Positions 38,404-41,775 of a stretch of DNA of 41,775 nt are shown in pieces. Source of the DNA: Coleofasciculus chthonoplastes F2-STO-03 (lineage in GTDB: Bacteria; Cyanobacteriota; Cyanobacteriia; Cyanobacteriales; Coleofasciculaceae); assembly GCA_040222015.1 (NCBI GenBank), contig JAVJWO010000002.1, positions 1 to 41,775 of the forward strand, written 5' to 3'. Below the pieces are notes generated by a model that searched no databases, was not told where the DNA came from, and worked only from the letters and a program-made list of their open reading frames with translations. The position numbers and the translations under genes were made by a program. The stretch's first letter is position 1. Every line of letters begins with the position of its first letter.

Positions 38404-40032
38404 ATGAACATCAACACTCTGATTCTGTTCACTGCATTTACTGTCATTCCCTTACAGACCATTGGGTTCGTTTTGGGGAAGCTAGTGATCGCCGCCCTGG
38501 GTGCCTGTCTCCTCTATGTCCTCCTATTTTATGGGCTGCGCTCCATTTTTCGGAAGTTTGAGAGGGATATTGCCCTCGTCACCCTGAATGTCTCCGCCTA
38601 TCCCATCCTGAGCATTTTCATTCTGGTCAGTTTAAAGTTTTCCTTTGCCGATCTTGATTCTGGGGATACCATCGGCTGGTTTGATCGCCTGCTGACAGCC
38701 AGCATTATTGTCGCAGTCAGTTATTGGTTGATCCAGTTATTTATTCAAGTTTTTGTCTACTACCTTAAAGATTATGCCCGACAAACAGAAGCGATGTGGG
38801 ACAACGTGCTGCTGCCTCTCCTTGAAGGGGTTGTCCCGTTTGTAATTTTTCTGCTGGCTATTGCTTTTGTTCTCCAAGCCTTTGGTGTTGATTTAACTGG
38901 GATTTGGGTCACCTTGGGTGGGGCGACGTTTATTATCGGGTTTGCGGTTAAAGATATTTTAGCGAATTTCTTTAGTGGCATTGTTCTATTGATTGATACG
39001 CCATTTCAATTTGGTGACATCCTGGAGTTAGAAAATGGCTCGATTGGTATGCTGCGAAAGATTGGCGTGCGCGTGACTCAACTTTATATATTTAATGACC
39101 GCAGTGAAGTCTATATCCCCAATAGCGTCTTACAAGGTCAATTGATTACCAATTTAAGTCGCCCAATCCCCCATTACTTCTACGCATTGCCGATAGAAAT
39201 ACCTCCGGAATGTGATTTAGAGGCAAGTCAGCATCTCATGTGGGAAATTGTTTTTGCTCACCCGGATACATTAGGAGATATTGAAAAAAAATTAACCCAT
39301 ATCGATAAGTTTTACCTTGTCGATAACTTAGGAACTAATTTTGCCTATAAAAAAGAAATTGGTCGTCAGCGTCTAATCCAGGAAAATGATGTCAACCTCA
39401 AACTCGAAGATATTGAGCAAGCGTTAGAAGCTCTGATGGTAACAATTCAATTTGCCGAAAAAGGCGGTCTAAATACTGAAGAAATTGAAACAATTCAACA
39501 AGAATATGAGGACATTCTTCAACAAGTGGGTTTAGAAGTTGTGCCAATACGGCAGAATAAACGGATTATTTTTGAATTAGAAGAAAATGAATCGCAAGAC
39601 ACATTAATCGGTTTGGTGCGGGAATGGTATCGCATTTGGTTAAGAGATCCCGATTTACGCGATGAAGATCAATATATTTTACCTGAGGAATGGGAGCGAA
39701 AAATTGAACTGTTAAAACGACGGTTTCAACGAGTTTTTCAGAAGATTAGTAATCCTCATCGGGAAGAAACGCGGCTCGATGATTATGTCATGGATTTAGT
39801 GAAATGGTTGCGGGAGCGATTTAAACAAGCTAGAAGTCAACGGCAAGAACCAAAAATTAGGATGAAGGGAACATCCCAATATGAGGGGTTTACCTTAATT
39901 AAATTCACCATTGAATTCTATTTAGATAATGCCAAGCTAGAAGACTTTAGACGGGGCAGTCGTGTGAGTAGCGAAATTTATCAAGAAGTGATGCGATATG
40001 TTAAAGATAGTTACCCACCAGTTAAACCCTAA
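38404..40032 (+). CDS. MscS-family mechanosensitive channel with long cytoplasmic C-terminus
   Basis: Multiple TM helices; GFAVKDILANFFSG, PFQFGD, IGVRVT, YIPNS, ITNLSRP. Confidence 0.9.
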   Translation: MNINTLILFTAFTVIPLQTIGFVLGKLVIAALGACLLYVLLFYGLRSIFRKFERDIALVTLNVSAYPILSIFILVSLKFSFADLDSGDTIGWFDRLLTASIIVAVSYWLIQLFIQVFVYYLKDYARQTEAMWDNVLLPLLEGVVPFVIFLLAIAFVLQAFGVDLTGIWVTLGGATFIIGFAVKDILANFFSGIVLLIDTPFQFGDILELENGSIGMLRKIGVRVTQLYIFNDRSEVYIPNSVLQGQLITNLSRPIPHYFYALPIEIPPECDLEASQHLMWEIVFAHPDTLGDIEKKLTHIDKFYLVDNLGTNFAYKKEIGRQRLIQENDVNLKLEDIEQALEALMVTIQFAEKGGLNTEEIETIQQEYEDILQQVGLEVVPIRQNKRIIFELEENESQDTLIGLVREWYRIWLRDPDLRDEDQYILPEEWERKIELLKRRFQRVFQKISNPHREETRLDDYVMDLVKWLRERFKQARSQRQEPKIRMKGTSQYEGFTLIKFTIEFYLDNAKLEDFRRGSRVSSEIYQEVMRYVKDSYPPVKP

Positions 40033-40252
40033 ACAAAAGCGCAACAATGCAGAATATTTTAGCACTTCAAGGGAAAATTATTTCAGCCATACATGAGGTT
40101 ACTCAGTATCACTTGTAAGTAGTACATTTTTAGTAGGGGTGATGAGTCCGGACATCATATAAGTATCTGCAAATCAAGTAGGCATGACTATGAAATTAAA
40201 CCAGAGAATTAGATGGATGGGTATAGCGTTAGCAAGCTTAAACAGGAGAAGA

Positions 40253-40314
40253 GGGCGACCCGATCAAATTGAGTGGACTACCGTTGTTAATTGATGCAAG
40301 CGGGTCGCCCCTAC
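40253..40314. repeat. Long REP-like hairpin between convergent genes
   Basis: GGGCGACCCG-ATCAAATT...AATTGAT..-CGGGTCGCCC-CTAC. Confidence 0.75.
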
Positions 40315-40347
40315 AGGGTGTTAATTTATGTCAGCGGGTTTTACCAC

Positions 40348-41409
40348 TTAATCTTTGGTTCTCGGCTTACCATTTGCGGTGACTACCTCATCTCTGGGAT
40401 TTTTTAGTAATCCGGTTAATAGAGAGGCAGGATGCTGTTGATGGGGCCAAGCAAAGGCGTGACGAAATGCGGCATCTTGACAGGCTTGTATTTGCTCAAA
40501 ATCAATAATATCTTGGGTTAATAAGTTTTCGTACTCAAAGGGTAAACGCACATTATTTAATCCGGCGTTATCGGTACAAATGGCAATGTCAACCCCCGCC
40601 TCGAAACAGGAATCAAAGACAACTTTAAGTTGCTGAATATCCTCCAATGTTCCTGTTTTTAAGTAGGTTGTGGGACAAACCTCTAAACATTGCTGTCGCT
40701 GGACAACGTCTTTTAACAACTCTGGATACTTCAAGGGAATATGAATTCCATGACCAATTCGCATTAAATAGGGTAACAATTCAGGATAACAACCGTCGCG
40801 GGTTTCGTAGAGATGACCGGTTGTATTCAGACCCAACGATCGCGCATACTGATAGAGTCCGACAAATTCTGCTAACCGTTCACCATAGTGGGCATCTCCT
40901 CCTGCCAAATCCACCCCACAGACATAATCTTTGGCTTGGGCGGCGAGATCCACAATTGCCTTATTCACCGCATAAGGAAGCCGCGCATGCATACAGAGAA
41001 TTTGACTCGTCACCATCGGATAATCCTTGACTTGACTGGCTTGTCCGACAATCTCGACAATCTGCGCCATCTGATCAATCCGTTCCGATTGACTCAACTG
41101 TTCCGATGTGCGTAAATAAGGCGTATACCGCAGTTCTAAATAGGCTAAATTCTCAAAGATATACGCGCCGCGAATTAAGCGATAAATAAAATAGGGTAAG
41201 GTTTGCGCCGTTTGCAGATGTTCGACTAACGTGTGCAATTCCAAATACTCATCTAAAGTGTTGCGCGATCGCGTGTAAAATTCCTCAAAGTCGTCATAGT
41301 CATCAAAGTTCTGGGTCAACGGATTAGTTTGACGTTGAAAATATCGCCAGAGAATCCGAGGCACCACTGAACCCCCCAGATGACGGTGTAACTCTGCGTA
41401 TAATGGCAT
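40348..41409 (-). CDS. add: Adenosine deaminase family protein
   Basis: ELHRHLGG, YLELR, GVDLAG, GHLYE, RIGHG, LEVCPT, TDN. Confidence 0.88.
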   Translation of the reverse strand: MPLYAELHRHLGGSVVPRILWRYFQRQTNPLTQNFDDYDDFEEFYTRSRNTLDEYLELHTLVEHLQTAQTLPYFIYRLIRGAYIFENLAYLELRYTPYLRTSEQLSQSERIDQMAQIVEIVGQASQVKDYPMVTSQILCMHARLPYAVNKAIVDLAAQAKDYVCGVDLAGGDAHYGERLAEFVGLYQYARSLGLNTTGHLYETRDGCYPELLPYLMRIGHGIHIPLKYPELLKDVVQRQQCLEVCPTTYLKTGTLEDIQQLKVVFDSCFEAGVDIAICTDNAGLNNVRLPFEYENLLTQDIIDFEQIQACQDAAFRHAFAWPHQQHPASLLTGLLKNPRDEVVTANGKPRTKD

Positions 41410-41632
41410 ACAATCTCCTGATACTCAGGTCATTTTCAGTCTTGGCTGGACAGACATGTCACCACGACTTAGATCAACTTTAGCTTTTGTAAAAAAAAAT
41501 TGCATAAACTATCGTTCTTGAAACAGTAATTTACAATTCCCCTTTTTCCATTCTCTACCAGCTAGAATAACCTCAAGGACTTAGAGAACTGGATGCCATG
41601 ACCACCGCTAACCGTTCCGAAAAACCTATACA

Positions 41633-41775
41633 GAACTATGCACACCTAAGCATATCTGGACTTGCGTCGGAACGTGCAGACTGAGACTCACCGTAGTCTA
41701 CGTTAGACGGGTCACGACACCTTGATATGAACGCCAGTATCAGGCTCTGTCGAGTTCAGTTAAGCAATCAGTGAA
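41633..41775 (+). ncRNA. 5' part of an IscB/IsrB-type omegaRNA (HEARO-like), truncated by the window edge
   Basis: AGACT-CACCGT-AGTCT hairpin followed by ACGTT, then GACACC-TTGATAT..GCCAG-TATCAGG-CTCTGTC and TTAA, the motif order I recall for HEARO RNAs upstream of RRXRR/HNH genes. The 5' boundary is approximate. Confidence 0.7.

Overview
Chromosomal window of a filamentous cyanobacterium, inferred from the frequent HIP1 octamer GCGATCGC, heptamer STRR repeats and many GTAG-type palindromes (Coleofasciculus/Oscillatoriales-like; genus is inference). Core genes are BI-1/YccA, an LRAT-PspA fusion, hpt, gdhA, cruP, an adenylate cyclase, tkt, fabF, acpP, an MscS-family channel and adenosine deaminase. 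Accessory or unusual material: (1) two unrelated 5'-truncated TnpB remnants joined back to back; (2) a LOV-containing hybrid histidine kinase with an open frame but no phospho-accepting H-box and three apparent in-frame deletions, coupled to a REC-GGDEF cyclase; (3) an AAA ATPase + S8 protease (IetAS-like) pair with a cyanobacterial LexA box upstream; (4) a ~10 kb block between fabF and tkt with a PEP-CTERM protein, a signal-peptide-less 1666-aa DUF11/DUF7507-like repeat protein, an uncharacterised partner and an ATPase-nuclease; (5) a REP/MITE family that has entered coding sequences; (6) the 5' part of an IscB-type omegaRNA (HEARO-like) at the right edge. All calls come from reading the sequence; no searches were run.
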